DNA of 64,000 nt from Dehalococcoidia bacterium (GCA_965220565.1 CBDCQG010000001.1:601691-665690), one strand, 5' to 3'. Positions 50,621 to 60,233 are shown, numbered from the stretch's first letter. Translations and numbers: made by a program. Notes: generated by a model not told the origin, from the sequence alone.

Positions 50621-52996
50621 ATGCCTCAGGAAGACCGACCGGGATTGGAGGAGGCAAGGCTGCGGGAACGGCTCTCGAAGGTGAGCGAGGCCAGCCTTCG
50701 CATCACCCAGAGCCTTGACCTGGAGATCGTGCTCCAGGAGGTTCTGGACAGCGCCCGCTCTTTGATGAACGCCCGCTACGGCGTTATCACCACCCTCGAC
50801 GAGGCAGGGGAGGTGGTCGAGTTCCTCACCTCGGGCCTCACCGCGGCTGAGAGCGACGGCTTGTGGAGCATTCCACAATCCCTGCGTGTCTTTGAATACC
50901 TTAGCCAACTCCCCCAAACGCTGCGGGTCCAAGACCTCTCCGACCACATGAGATCTGTCGGCGTTTCTGATTTCAGCCTTCCCGTGCCTGTGCGTTCCTT
51001 CCTGTGCGCGTCCATGCATAACCGCGATGCGCGGGTAGGGATTTTCTACCTTGCCGAAAAGAGTGATGGCCCGGAATTCACACCCGAAGACGAGGAGACA
51101 TTGGCCACGTTCGCCTCTCAGGCAGCCCTGGTCATCGCGAACTCTCGCAGGTACCGGGATGAGCAGCGGGCGCGGGATGACCTGGAGACGCTGGTGGCCA
51201 CCGTGCCCGTGGGCGTCGTGGTGTTTGACGCCAAAACGCGTGCAGTCACCTCTATCAACCGGGAGGCTAGAAGACTCTTCGGGGAACTGCACGATGGCGA
51301 CAGCCCGATGCCGGACTTGCTGAAGATGATAAACGTGCGGCGCGCCGACGGGCGTGAGGTCGCTATGGATCAGCTTTCCCTCGCCCAGGAGATGAGCGCC
51401 GGGGAGACGGTGCGGGCGGAAGAGATCGTTATGGAGGTCCCCGGGGGGGCCAGCATCACCACATTGATCAACGCCACGCCCATCCGCTCGGACGCGGGCG
51501 AGGTGGAGGCCTATGTCGTCACCTTTCAGGACATGGCGCCCCTGGAGGAGCTGGAGCGTCTCCGGGCCGAGTTTCTCGCGATGGTGAGTCATGAACTGCG
51601 GGCGCCCCTCACCTCCATTAAAGGGTCCGTTGATATTCTGCTGGAAGCCCTTTCCGATCTCGACACCGCAGAGATCGTGCAACTGCACCGGTTGATCCGC
51701 GACCAAACGGAGAACATGCGGGAACTCATCGGCGACCTGCTGGACGTGGCCCGTATCGAAACGGGCACGCTGCCGATAAAGCTGGAACCGGTGGACGTGG
51801 CGGCTTTGGTGGAACAGGCCAGAAGCACGTTCCTCCGCGGGGAAAGCCGCCGCAAACTCGTGATAGACCTTCCGCCGAACCTGCCCCTGGTGATGGCTGA
51901 CAAGCGCCGCGTCGTCCAGGTCCTCGTCAACCTCCTGTCCAACGCCGCCCAGTACTCGCGTGAGGCCTCCCCCATCCGGTTGACAGCCGCGCGGGAGAGT
52001 CTGCACGTCGCCTTCTCCATCGCCGATGAGGGCCGCGGGGTGTCCGCTGAAGACTTGCCCAGGCTGTTCCGCAAGTTTATCCGGCTGGATGGCGCTGCAG
52101 AGGAACAGGGCAGGGGGTACGGCGGCGCAGGGATGGGACTTGCCATCTGCAAGGGAATCGTCGAGTCACACGGAGGCCGAATCTGGGCCGAGAGCGAAGG
52201 GCTGGGCATGGGAGCCCGTTTCACCTTCACGATACCGGCGATGGAAGAATCCCTTTCCGCCGTGGAACACCAGGAGATCAGCGCCCTGCCGCAGGACGGC
52301 GGGAAAGAACTCATCCTTGCGATCGACAATGACCCCGAAGACCTCCGCTACGTCAGGAACGAACTCACCAAGGCGGGCTACAAGCCGATAGTGGCGTCTG
52401 ACGCGGAGGAGGCTCTCCGCCTTGTGGATGCGGAGAAACCCGATCTGATCCTGTTGGACCTGATTCTGTCAGGGGCGGACGGCATCGAATTGATGCAAAG
52501 CATCAAGGAAATCGCTGACGTGCCGATCATCTTCCTGTCCGCCTATGGCCGGCATGAGGTTATCGCTCAGGCCTTCGACCTTGGGGCAGCCGACTACGTG
52601 ACCAAGCCCTTTTCATCCACGGAGTTGGTTGCGCGGGTCAGGGCGGCCCTTCGCAGGGGAGTTTCGCGGCGTCAGGCCGTGCCCCTGGAACCCTACGTGC
52701 TGGGCGACCTGACGGTGAGCTACGCCGAACGACGAGTGACCCTCGCCGGCCAACCTGTGCGCTTGACCGCCACTGAATACCGGGTTGTTTTCGAGTTCTC
52801 TGCCAACGCCGGGGTGGTCTTGACCCATGAGGACCTGTTGGGACGGGTGTGGAGCCCTCGGAACTCCGGGGACGCTCGGCTGGTGCGCGGGGTCGTGAAG
52901 AGGCTGCGCAGCAAGCTGGGCGACGACGCCCGCGATCCCAGGTACATCCACACGGAAACGGGCATCGGCTATCGGATGCCCAAGGTCGGGGAATAA
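50621..52996 (+). CDS. Fused GAF-PAS-HisKA-HATPase-REC-wHTH protein (histidine kinase plus complete OmpR-type response regulator)
   Basis: No TM helix. GAF (aa ~25-175), PAS (~190-310), H-box SHELRAPLTSI, HATPase (NLLSNAAQY, DEGRGV, GAGMGLAI). REC follows (LAIDNDPED...LILLDLIL...TKP), then the winged helix (LTATEYRVVFEF...GIGYRM). Confidence 0.9.
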   Translation: MPQEDRPGLEEARLRERLSKVSEASLRITQSLDLEIVLQEVLDSARSLMNARYGVITTLDEAGEVVEFLTSGLTAAESDGLWSIPQSLRVFEYLSQLPQTLRVQDLSDHMRSVGVSDFSLPVPVRSFLCASMHNRDARVGIFYLAEKSDGPEFTPEDEETLATFASQAALVIANSRRYRDEQRARDDLETLVATVPVGVVVFDAKTRAVTSINREARRLFGELHDGDSPMPDLLKMINVRRADGREVAMDQLSLAQEMSAGETVRAEEIVMEVPGGASITTLINATPIRSDAGEVEAYVVTFQDMAPLEELERLRAEFLAMVSHELRAPLTSIKGSVDILLEALSDLDTAEIVQLHRLIRDQTENMRELIGDLLDVARIETGTLPIKLEPVDVAALVEQARSTFLRGESRRKLVIDLPPNLPLVMADKRRVVQVLVNLLSNAAQYSREASPIRLTAARESLHVAFSIADEGRGVSAEDLPRLFRKFIRLDGAAEEQGRGYGGAGMGLAICKGIVESHGGRIWAESEGLGMGARFTFTIPAMEESLSAVEHQEISALPQDGGKELILAIDNDPEDLRYVRNELTKAGYKPIVASDAEEALRLVDAEKPDLILLDLILSGADGIELMQSIKEIADVPIIFLSAYGRHEVIAQAFDLGAADYVTKPFSSTELVARVRAALRRGVSRRQAVPLEPYVLGDLTVSYAERRVTLAGQPVRLTATEYRVVFEFSANAGVVLTHEDLLGRVWSPRNSGDARLVRGVVKRLRSKLGDDARDPRYIHTETGIGYRMPKVGE

Positions 52997-53062
52997 CAGG
53001 CGGCTAAAGACTCCTGTTCGAAAGCCCCCCGACATAGTCCGAAGGGCATCATGTCCGGTGCG

Positions 53063-53314
53063 CTAGTTCGGGTAGTCGGCCAGGCCGGGGCCCTCCTCCA
53101 TGTCAGCGACCATGTCCGCAGTTGTCACAGCCTTTGCCCATTCAAGCAGCCCGATCTGCTCATAGCCGTTTACGCCGCGGGATTCCATGCTCATCACCGG
53201 CTCATGCGTGGGATCCTCGTGTTCACACAGCATCTTTCGGATCAGCACGAACCCCATCAGATCCTGGTCAAGGATTGTTCCGTGTTCTTTCGTCGAAATC
53301 GTTATGCGATACAT
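53063..53314 (-). CDS. Small hypothetical protein (83 aa)
   Basis: GGGAGG lies 6 nt upstream of the ATG. No recognisable family. Confidence 0.55.
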   Translation of the reverse strand: MYRITISTKEHGTILDQDLMGFVLIRKMLCEHEDPTHEPVMSMESRGVNGYEQIGLLEWAKAVTTADMVADMEEGPGLADYPN

Positions 53315-53506
53315 CCCGAGCCTCCCGCGAGAGCGCCTTTATCACGTACAGCCTACCTGATTCGTCTACAGTGCGCCCCGCCGTCGCCATCCTGCTTCAG
53401 AGACCGAATCCCGCCCCGGGTCAGGGGATCGCCCACCTTAGATGAGACCGCCCTGTTCGCCTACAGTCGCCGCGTTCCTGTAGAATGCAGCTACGCTTAG
53501 GTTGTT

Positions 53507-54208
53507 ATGAAACTGGACCTTCACCTTCACACAAATGTCGGTTCATCCGATAGCGGCCTCTCGCCACAGGATCTTGTGACGGTTGCCAAGTCCGTCGGAT
53601 TGGATGGTGTCTGCGTAACCGAACACGGCACCGTCTGGGATAGCTATCAGATGGAACGGTTCTCTGCGGAACATGACTTCCTGGTTATCCCGGGCATGGA
53701 AGTGTCCACCGATCTTGGGCACATCACCTGTTTCGGCCTGACGGGATATTCGTCCGGCATTCACCGCGCGGAGATTCTGCGAAGAGTCGTTCAGGCATCG
53801 GACGGCATCATGATCGCCGCGCACCCCTTTCGCCGTATGTTTGATGATCCGCGCATCAACGGTTGGCGAAAGTTGTACAGCCTTGAGGAGGCGGCAGACC
53901 TCCCCATCTTCAAACTGACGGATGAACTGGAAGTTGTGAACGGGGCGAATAACGCTCAGGAGAATCTCTTTGCCCTGGAAGTCGCGCGGGTTCTTGGACG
54001 CATCGGTATCGGTGGTAGTGACGCCCATTCCACGTCCGGCATTGGGTCCGGGGCAATCGTGACGGAACGGCGCGTCTCCAACGTCGAGGAATTGATCGAG
54101 GAAATCCGTGAGGGCCGCTATTACCCCACCGGCTCACTGCTCAAGGGCAGTGATATGTCCTATTGGGACGAGCGAGCCGCCGATCTTTCCGTAGTAGGAG
54201 TGGGGTGA
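53507..54208 (+). CDS. PHP-domain metal-dependent phosphoesterase
   Basis: MKLDLHLHT, VCVTEHG, AAHPF and GGSDAHS motifs of the PHP fold. Confidence 0.85.
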   Translation: MKLDLHLHTNVGSSDSGLSPQDLVTVAKSVGLDGVCVTEHGTVWDSYQMERFSAEHDFLVIPGMEVSTDLGHITCFGLTGYSSGIHRAEILRRVVQASDGIMIAAHPFRRMFDDPRINGWRKLYSLEEAADLPIFKLTDELEVVNGANNAQENLFALEVARVLGRIGIGGSDAHSTSGIGSGAIVTERRVSNVEELIEEIREGRYYPTGSLLKGSDMSYWDERAADLSVVGVG

Positions 54209-57042
54209 CTACCATAAGCGCGTCGGACACCACGCCATTTCCGCTGGCGTTCGTCTCGCTTGACCTGGAAACCACAGGGCTGAACGCCGAGAGCGACCGC
54301 ATTATTGAGGTCGGCGCAGTCAAGTTCGAGCAAGGCCGTATCGTCGACACCTTCCAGCGACTCGTCAATCCGGGTCATGCCCTCCCTGATTTCGTTGCTG
54401 TATTGACGGGCATCACGGACGCTGATCTTGTTGGCGCGCCCCCATTCACCGAAATCAGGGACGAGCTTGCCGCATTCATCGGCGACCTGCCGATGGTGGG
54501 GCAGAACTATCAGTTCGACCTTGGATTCCTGAACGCGAATGGCGTCATGCCGACCGGGCCCGTGTTCGATACCCTGGACCTCTCACGAATCCTGCGGCCG
54601 TCAGCAACCAGCCACTCGCTTGGATGGCTCATTGAAGAGATGGGTGTCGTCAACGAAAGCCCGCACAGGGCGCTGGCAGACGCGGAGGCGACTGCGCAGG
54701 TCTTTCTCAGGTTCTGGGACATGATTCTTGCCCTCGACCCGGCCACGCTGGCGATGATTCGCTCACTCCGCGACCGCGCGTCGGGTGACTGGAGGGCGGG
54801 TCCGGTTTTTGAATTAGCGGCCCAGCAGCAAGAGATTGCCAGCGACGGGCCTGAGCGGGTCATCCAACGGCTGACTGAAAGGCTCGGCAAACCGGGCAGC
54901 GAATCTGAGACACGCCAGCGGAAGCTGCCGACGACGCAGGACGGGACGACGGTCATTGAAGCGGTGTTTGAAACCGATGGCGGGCTCGCCCGGGCGTTTG
55001 GAGACTCGTACGAACCGCGCACGCAACAACTGGAGATGGCGCAGGCGGTGGCGCAGGTCCAGGAAACGGGTCAAACGCTCCTCCTCGAGGCCCCGCCCGG
55101 GACGGGCAAATCACTCGGCTATCTGATCCCCGCCATCTGGCGCGCGGAGGCGGCTGAAGAACAGGTCGTCGTTGCCACGTCCACCCGCGGCTTGCAGGAA
55201 CAGCTTGCCTCCAAGGATGTCCCAATCGCTCTGCAAGCGCTCGGGCTGACCCCGGACGAGGTGCGCGTGGCCGTGCTCAAGGGCAGGGGGAACTACCTCT
55301 GCATCTCGCGGCTGCTCTCACGGCTCGGCAGCCTTGAGGTGACGCCCGGCGAGGCCGCGTTCTTTGCCCGGTTGATGGTCTGGCTGGAATCGACCGGAAG
55401 CGGCGATCTGGGCGAACTGCCGATGGGTGAGCAGGAGGCGGCGCGTTGGTCAACCCTGTCCGCAGGGTCGGAAGAGGGACATGGCAACTGCGCCTATGAG
55501 CGTGAGGGCGTGTGTTTCATCGGTCGGGCGCGAAGGGCTGCGCAGGCTGCCCACCTTGTCATCACGAATCATGCGCTTCTCATGGCGGATTCCTCCTCCG
55601 GCGGCAACGTCCTGGGTGAAATCCCTCACGTGATCCTCGATGAGGCCCACAACCTTGAACGCGAGGCCACCGACCACTACAGCCGCAGCATCTCTCACAG
55701 CGAAGTCAATGAGTTGCTCAACTCGCTTGGCGCGGATTCGGAAGAGGGAAGGCCACGACTGATGGCGGCGGCGATGAGCTCATTGGACTCACCCCCTGCA
55801 GCGGCTCAGGCGATGGAGGCCGCGGGTGTTGACGTTGCCGCGGCAGCTCGCAGCGCGGCTGCTCGGGCGGGTCAGTTCTTCAGCGCCGTTGGCGCAATTG
55901 CCGCCGGGGCGCGCTCGGATCGGGGTGGCGATTCGCAGGTGCGGCTCATACAGCGTGTCCGGGAAACGGATGAATGGCGTGAGGCCGCAAAGGCATGGGA
56001 AGACCTGGACGCGACTCTTGCCGGAGTCGCCGACCTGGTTGATTCACGGCTGAGATCGGCACTGCAAACACAGCAGGGCTGGCAGGGCCTGTCCACGGAC
56101 GTCGACGATGGCGTACGGCGCATTGCCGACCTTCGAGCACGCTTGATGAACGTGATGAGAGATGTGAATCCTGATGACGACATCACCTGGCTTGAAACCC
56201 CGCGTGATCAACGGGGAAGCATCTCTCTGCACTGGGCGCCGATGTCCGTTGCGCCGCACCTCGCGGGCGGCCCTTTCGCTGACCGCAGGTCGATTATCCT
56301 CGCGAGCGCGACGCTGACGACGGATGATTCCTTTGGTTTCATTACAGACCGGTTAGGCCTTGAAGAACCGGAAACCTTGCAGGTGAGACTCACACTGGGC
56401 CCGGAGGATGCGGCGGCGGCAATGATCCCGGCCGACGTGCCGGACCCGAACAACAATGCCTACGGCAGAGCCGTTCAGCAGGCCATCGCTGATGTCGCAA
56501 CGGCGACGGGCGGCGGCGTGCTCGCATTGTTCACCTCGCACGCCTCGCTGCGGCAGGCCTACACCAAAGCGAATTCCGATCTGCGGGAACGGGGCATCAA
56601 CGTCCTGGGACAGGGGATCGATGGCGCGCCGGACAGACTGGCGGAAATCGCTCGACTCCGCAAAGGCATCGTTATCCTCGGCGCGGCGGCGTTCTGGGAA
56701 GGCGTCGATCTACCGGGCGACGCGCTGAAAGCGCTCATCGTCACCCGCCTCCCGTTTGACGTGCCGTCCGACCCGATAATCGCGGCGCGCGGTGAGACGT
56801 ATGAGAACGCCTTCAATGAGTTCCAGATTCCGCGCTCACTCCTGCGGTTCAAGCAGGGCGTGGGGCGGCTGTTGCGGAGTACGAAAGATCAGGGCGTGAT
56901 TATCATTCTGGATTCACGGGTGTTGAATCGCGCATACGGGGCGGCGTTTATCGATGCCCTCCCCACGGGCACCGTGCAGACGCCGACGCTTGATCGACTG
57001 GGTGATGAGGTGCGGGACTGGTTCAACACCGATGGGGAATGA
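54205..57042 (+). CDS. dinG: DnaQ-type 3'-5' exonuclease fused to a DinG-family (XPD-like) helicase
   Basis: Exo I SLDLETTG, Exo II GQNYQFDLGFL, Exo III HRALADAEA. Helicase Walker A EAPPGTGKS and DEAH box ILDEAHNL, plus the C-terminal helicase domain. GTG 54205 (AGGAG 5 nt upstream) overlaps the PHP stop (GTGA). The ORF track opens at 54163. Confidence 0.85.
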   Translation: MTTISASDTTPFPLAFVSLDLETTGLNAESDRIIEVGAVKFEQGRIVDTFQRLVNPGHALPDFVAVLTGITDADLVGAPPFTEIRDELAAFIGDLPMVGQNYQFDLGFLNANGVMPTGPVFDTLDLSRILRPSATSHSLGWLIEEMGVVNESPHRALADAEATAQVFLRFWDMILALDPATLAMIRSLRDRASGDWRAGPVFELAAQQQEIASDGPERVIQRLTERLGKPGSESETRQRKLPTTQDGTTVIEAVFETDGGLARAFGDSYEPRTQQLEMAQAVAQVQETGQTLLLEAPPGTGKSLGYLIPAIWRAEAAEEQVVVATSTRGLQEQLASKDVPIALQALGLTPDEVRVAVLKGRGNYLCISRLLSRLGSLEVTPGEAAFFARLMVWLESTGSGDLGELPMGEQEAARWSTLSAGSEEGHGNCAYEREGVCFIGRARRAAQAAHLVITNHALLMADSSSGGNVLGEIPHVILDEAHNLEREATDHYSRSISHSEVNELLNSLGADSEEGRPRLMAAAMSSLDSPPAAAQAMEAAGVDVAAAARSAAARAGQFFSAVGAIAAGARSDRGGDSQVRLIQRVRETDEWREAAKAWEDLDATLAGVADLVDSRLRSALQTQQGWQGLSTDVDDGVRRIADLRARLMNVMRDVNPDDDITWLETPRDQRGSISLHWAPMSVAPHLAGGPFADRRSIILASATLTTDDSFGFITDRLGLEEPETLQVRLTLGPEDAAAAMIPADVPDPNNNAYGRAVQQAIADVATATGGGVLALFTSHASLRQAYTKANSDLRERGINVLGQGIDGAPDRLAEIARLRKGIVILGAAAFWEGVDLPGDALKALIVTRLPFDVPSDPIIAARGETYENAFNEFQIPRSLLRFKQGVGRLLRSTKDQGVIIILDSRVLNRAYGAAFIDALPTGTVQTPTLDRLGDEVRDWFNTDGE

Positions 57043-58009
57043 CACGGTGCGCGCGCGGGTGACTCGCATTGAATTGAACTCTCCGCTTGACCTGCCGGCG
57101 TCACTGGATGAAGGGCAGGCCTTTGGCTGGACGGCGCCCGATGGCGAGGCCGATGGCTGGTGGATCGGAACCGTCTACGGCCACGCGCTTCGTATCCGGC
57201 ACGTGGATACACAGGCTGACAATCTCGGGGTCCTTGAGGTCTCTGCGCACGCCCCCGATTTGCCGGATAACGCTTCTGCGGAAATGGTGACTCGCTATCT
57301 GCGCCTTGATGACAACCACGCACAGATCAGGGATGCGCTGTCCGAAGATGCTGTGCTCGCGGAGATCATGGAGCGCTGGCCCGGCTTGACGCTATTGCGC
57401 CAGGAACCGTGGGAGTGCCTGGCGAGTTTCATCATCAGCGCGCAATGCCACCTGCCGCGCATTAAGAGGAATATGCAGAACCTGGCTGAGGCGTGCGGGG
57501 TCAGCGGCACGGCGTGGGGGGAGAAAGTGTATCGGGTTCCTGAACCGGCGGCGGTGGCGCGTCTGGGAGAGACCCGACTGCGCGACATTGGACTGGGGTT
57601 TCGTGCGCCGTTTCTCGCGTCGGCGGCCATCCGTGTTGCGGAAGGTGACGTTGAACTCGACGAATTGCGGATGCTGCCGTATGAAGACGCAAAAGACGTG
57701 CTGCTGACGTTTAAGGGCATCGGGCCGAAGATCGCCGACTGCATCCTCGCGTTCTCGTTGGATCACACAGAGGCATTCGCAGTGGATCGATGGGTAAGCC
57801 GGGCAGTGACGCGCTTGTACCTGGGCGGCAATAGAACCCCGGAGGACAAGATTGCAGCGTGGGGGCGGGAGCGTTTCGGCAGGTACGCGGCCTATGCTCA
57901 ACAGCTGCTGTTTCAGGAGGAGCGCGAGGTGGCCATGCGGGAGCGCGCTCTGCCGGGGAGCGTCATGATCCGTCAGCGGCGGCAGAATCGCGCCCCATCC
58001 ATTGCTTGA
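57032..58009 (+). CDS. OGG1-family DNA glycosylase (OGG_N plus HhH-GPD)
   Basis: N-terminal L..SLDEGQAFGW and the HhH-GPD segment FKGIGPKIADCILAFSLDHTEAFAVDRW. The start overlaps the dinG end by 11 nt (alternative GTG 57047). Confidence 0.8.
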   Translation: MGNDTVRARVTRIELNSPLDLPASLDEGQAFGWTAPDGEADGWWIGTVYGHALRIRHVDTQADNLGVLEVSAHAPDLPDNASAEMVTRYLRLDDNHAQIRDALSEDAVLAEIMERWPGLTLLRQEPWECLASFIISAQCHLPRIKRNMQNLAEACGVSGTAWGEKVYRVPEPAAVARLGETRLRDIGLGFRAPFLASAAIRVAEGDVELDELRMLPYEDAKDVLLTFKGIGPKIADCILAFSLDHTEAFAVDRWVSRAVTRLYLGGNRTPEDKIAAWGRERFGRYAAYAQQLLFQEEREVAMRERALPGSVMIRQRRQNRAPSIA

Positions 58010-59264
58010 CCAACTGCACCTCGCCATCCCTGTTCAAGACCAGATTGTCGAGCCGGGCCTTTCGCAGCTGGTCAAGGAACTTCCCGACGAGGGGGCCCTG
58101 GCGCAGACCCATCTCAAGCAGGTCGCTGCCGTTCAGTTCCGGCTGCACGTGTCTCCATGTGCCCAGATAGGAGGCGATTGCCCGGGACTCGGTGGCGTTT
58201 CCGGTGAGGTACAGGGCCTCGAGGGCGGCCGGCTCGAACTGGGAAAGGACATCCGCAAACTGGCTTGGGCGGCCTATTTCTGAGGCCTCACGAAATGCCG
58301 CCGATCCGTTCGTCTTCCAATAGCGGATGTCGTCAACCGCCCGACGAGAACTGCCTGCAAGATGGAACGTGTCAATGAGCGTCTCGTAATCCGTGCCCAC
58401 GGTCGTTGCTATCAGGGCCCAATGCGCGTCGGCATCGTCGGCATCATCAGGCCTGGCGGCCGCCTCCCGATCGGACATCGAGAAACTATACAGCCCGTTC
58501 ACCCAATTGGATGCCGTGGGCAGGTGATCCAAAACCCCCCAGGACTGCAGCATATAGAGTCCTTCCACGGGCTTCTTCTCTCGCCAGAGCCGGTTGAATT
58601 CGTTGCGCAGTCGGTCCGGTCCAACCGTGCCGATATGGGAGGCGTCGCTCTTTATCCACGCCTCCGTGTCCGCGTGCAGCCTGAACTGGAGCCGGGACGC
58701 GTAGCGCGCGGCGCGGATCATTCGTGTGGCATCATCCCGGAACGACCTGGCATGCAGCGCGCGGAGTACTCCTGCCTGCACGTCGTTGACGCCACGGTGC
58801 GGATCGATGACGCGCCCGAAATCCATCGAGCCAATGGAGACGGCGACTGCGTTTGCCGTAAAGTCGCGGCGTCCCAGGTCCGTTTCGATATCTGATGGCG
58901 CAACGTCAGGCAGCGCGCCGGGGGATGCATACGTTTCGCTGCGGGCTGTCGCGATATCCATCTCGCGCGTCCCGATGGTCAGCTTGACCGTCATGAATTG
59001 CGAGGCGGTGGTTCTGTGGGCCAGCCGGAAGTGCACGGCCTTCTGCGCCAGTTCTTCAGCGCTTCCCTGGATAACGAGGTCAACCTCAACGGGATCACGT
59101 CCCAGCAGAATGTCCCGCACCGCCCCCCCGATAATGAAGAGCGTACCTTGTTCTGCCATTTCGCCGAGGCTTCGGCATGTTTCAAGCAGCTCCGGCTCCA
59201 GCCGTTGCCCCAATTCCAGCGCAATGCTATTGGACATCATGGTGTATCTATCATCGCATGGCAT
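57963..59264 (-). CDS. cca: Class-II tRNA nucleotidyltransferase (CCA-adding enzyme / poly(A) polymerase family)
   Basis: GGAVRDILLGR....VDL head motif (EVD where DxD is usual), RRDFTANA, and DDATRMIRAARY. The start is uncertain (59264 or ATG 59240). The 3' end overlaps the glycosylase gene by 47 nt. Confidence 0.8.
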   Translation of the reverse strand: MPCDDRYTMMSNSIALELGQRLEPELLETCRSLGEMAEQGTLFIIGGAVRDILLGRDPVEVDLVIQGSAEELAQKAVHFRLAHRTTASQFMTVKLTIGTREMDIATARSETYASPGALPDVAPSDIETDLGRRDFTANAVAVSIGSMDFGRVIDPHRGVNDVQAGVLRALHARSFRDDATRMIRAARYASRLQFRLHADTEAWIKSDASHIGTVGPDRLRNEFNRLWREKKPVEGLYMLQSWGVLDHLPTASNWVNGLYSFSMSDREAAARPDDADDADAHWALIATTVGTDYETLIDTFHLAGSSRRAVDDIRYWKTNGSAAFREASEIGRPSQFADVLSQFEPAALEALYLTGNATESRAIASYLGTWRHVQPELNGSDLLEMGLRQGPLVGKFLDQLRKARLDNLVLNRDGEVQLVKQWMGRDSAAADGS

Positions 59265-59277
59265 GGAATGGGGCGCT

Positions 59278-59305
59278 TTGACTCATCGGGGCACGACTGT
59301 AGAAT
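59278..59305 (+). promoter_or_regulatory. Candidate sigma-70-type promoter of the glutaredoxin-like gene
   Basis: TTGACT (59278-59283), a 16-nt spacer, then TAGAAT (59300-59305), about 40 nt upstream of the ORF. Confidence 0.5.
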
Positions 59306-59343
59306 CGTAGAGAGAATCAAGGCTCACAATCCTGCGGGGTTGG

Positions 59344-59595
59344 ATGGAGGTTTTTGTGGCGACACAAGTAGGAACAAAGCCGATTGTCTACACGCTAACG
59401 ACGTGCCCGGCGTGCGTTGTGATGAAAGAGGATTGGACGAAAGAAGGCATCGAGTTTGAAGAGCGTCAGGTCGATGAGAGCCAGGCGTGGCTCGATGAGG
59501 CCCGAACCTATGGCGACGTCGTCCCCATCGTCGTTTACCCGGACGGGAAGGTCACCATGGGGTACAAGGACATGATCAGTTGTAACATAGGCTAA
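59344..59595 (+). CDS. Glutaredoxin/NrdH-like small redox protein
   Basis: The CPAC active site lies in IVYTLTTCPACV, with the cis-Pro context VVPIVV. About 80 aa. Confidence 0.8.
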   Translation: MEVFVATQVGTKPIVYTLTTCPACVVMKEDWTKEGIEFEERQVDESQAWLDEARTYGDVVPIVVYPDGKVTMGYKDMISCNIG

Positions 59596-59636
59596 ACAAC
59601 CAAAACTCACGCTGAGAGGAACCGGTAGTAAGAGCA

Positions 59637-60233
59637 TTGGGGGAATGGAAAATGGCTGAGAAGACGACAGTTGTCACTCCTGAACGATTTGGTTCGGGTT
59701 TCACATATGACGACTACATCGAGCAGATCAAGGTCAACAAAGACAGGTTTGAGCAGTACTACAACAGCGCCCAACTCTCGGACGATGACGTGACATTTTT
59801 CCGCCGGGCGAAGGATGCCGGCGCGACAAAGATGCTGATTCTCGGAGAGGATTGGTGCCCTGACGTGTTCCGTGGGATGCCGGTGCTCGCGAAGATCGCC
59901 GAGGCGGCGGGCATGGATGTCAGCGTTTTCCCGCGAGACGAGAACCTGGACATCATGAACGAATTCCTCAAGAACGGTGAGTTCATGTCTATCCCCGTGC
60001 CCGTGTTCTATACGGACGACCTCGAAGAGATTGCGCACTGGCATGAGCGGCCCGAATCCGCCAATGACGAAATGCCGAAGATCACTGAAGACGTGAAGGC
60101 CGAGATTGGGGATGAAGACGAGCAGGAGTTCCGTCGCACGGTGCGTGAACGGACGCAGGCTCGCTATCCCGCATGGCAGGTGGAGACGGTCAGGGAGCTG
60201 CGAGAGTTGCTCGCGGAGAAGCTGTCCCTCTGA
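59637..60233 (+). CDS. Thioredoxin-fold family protein (Thioredoxin_9-like)
   Basis: The segment ILGEDWCPDVFRGMPVL is typical of this family. The opposite-strand 226-aa ORF has no motif. Confidence 0.7.
   Translation: MGEWKMAEKTTVVTPERFGSGFTYDDYIEQIKVNKDRFEQYYNSAQLSDDDVTFFRRAKDAGATKMLILGEDWCPDVFRGMPVLAKIAEAAGMDVSVFPRDENLDIMNEFLKNGEFMSIPVPVFYTDDLEEIAHWHERPESANDEMPKITEDVKAEIGDEDEQEFRRTVRERTQARYPAWQVETVRELRELLAEKLSL

Noticed and set aside
50471-52006. 511-aa ORF on the minus strand
   Set aside because: It is antisense to the GAF-PAS-kinase gene, whose domains are unambiguous. Its composition is typical of a GC-rich shadow ORF.
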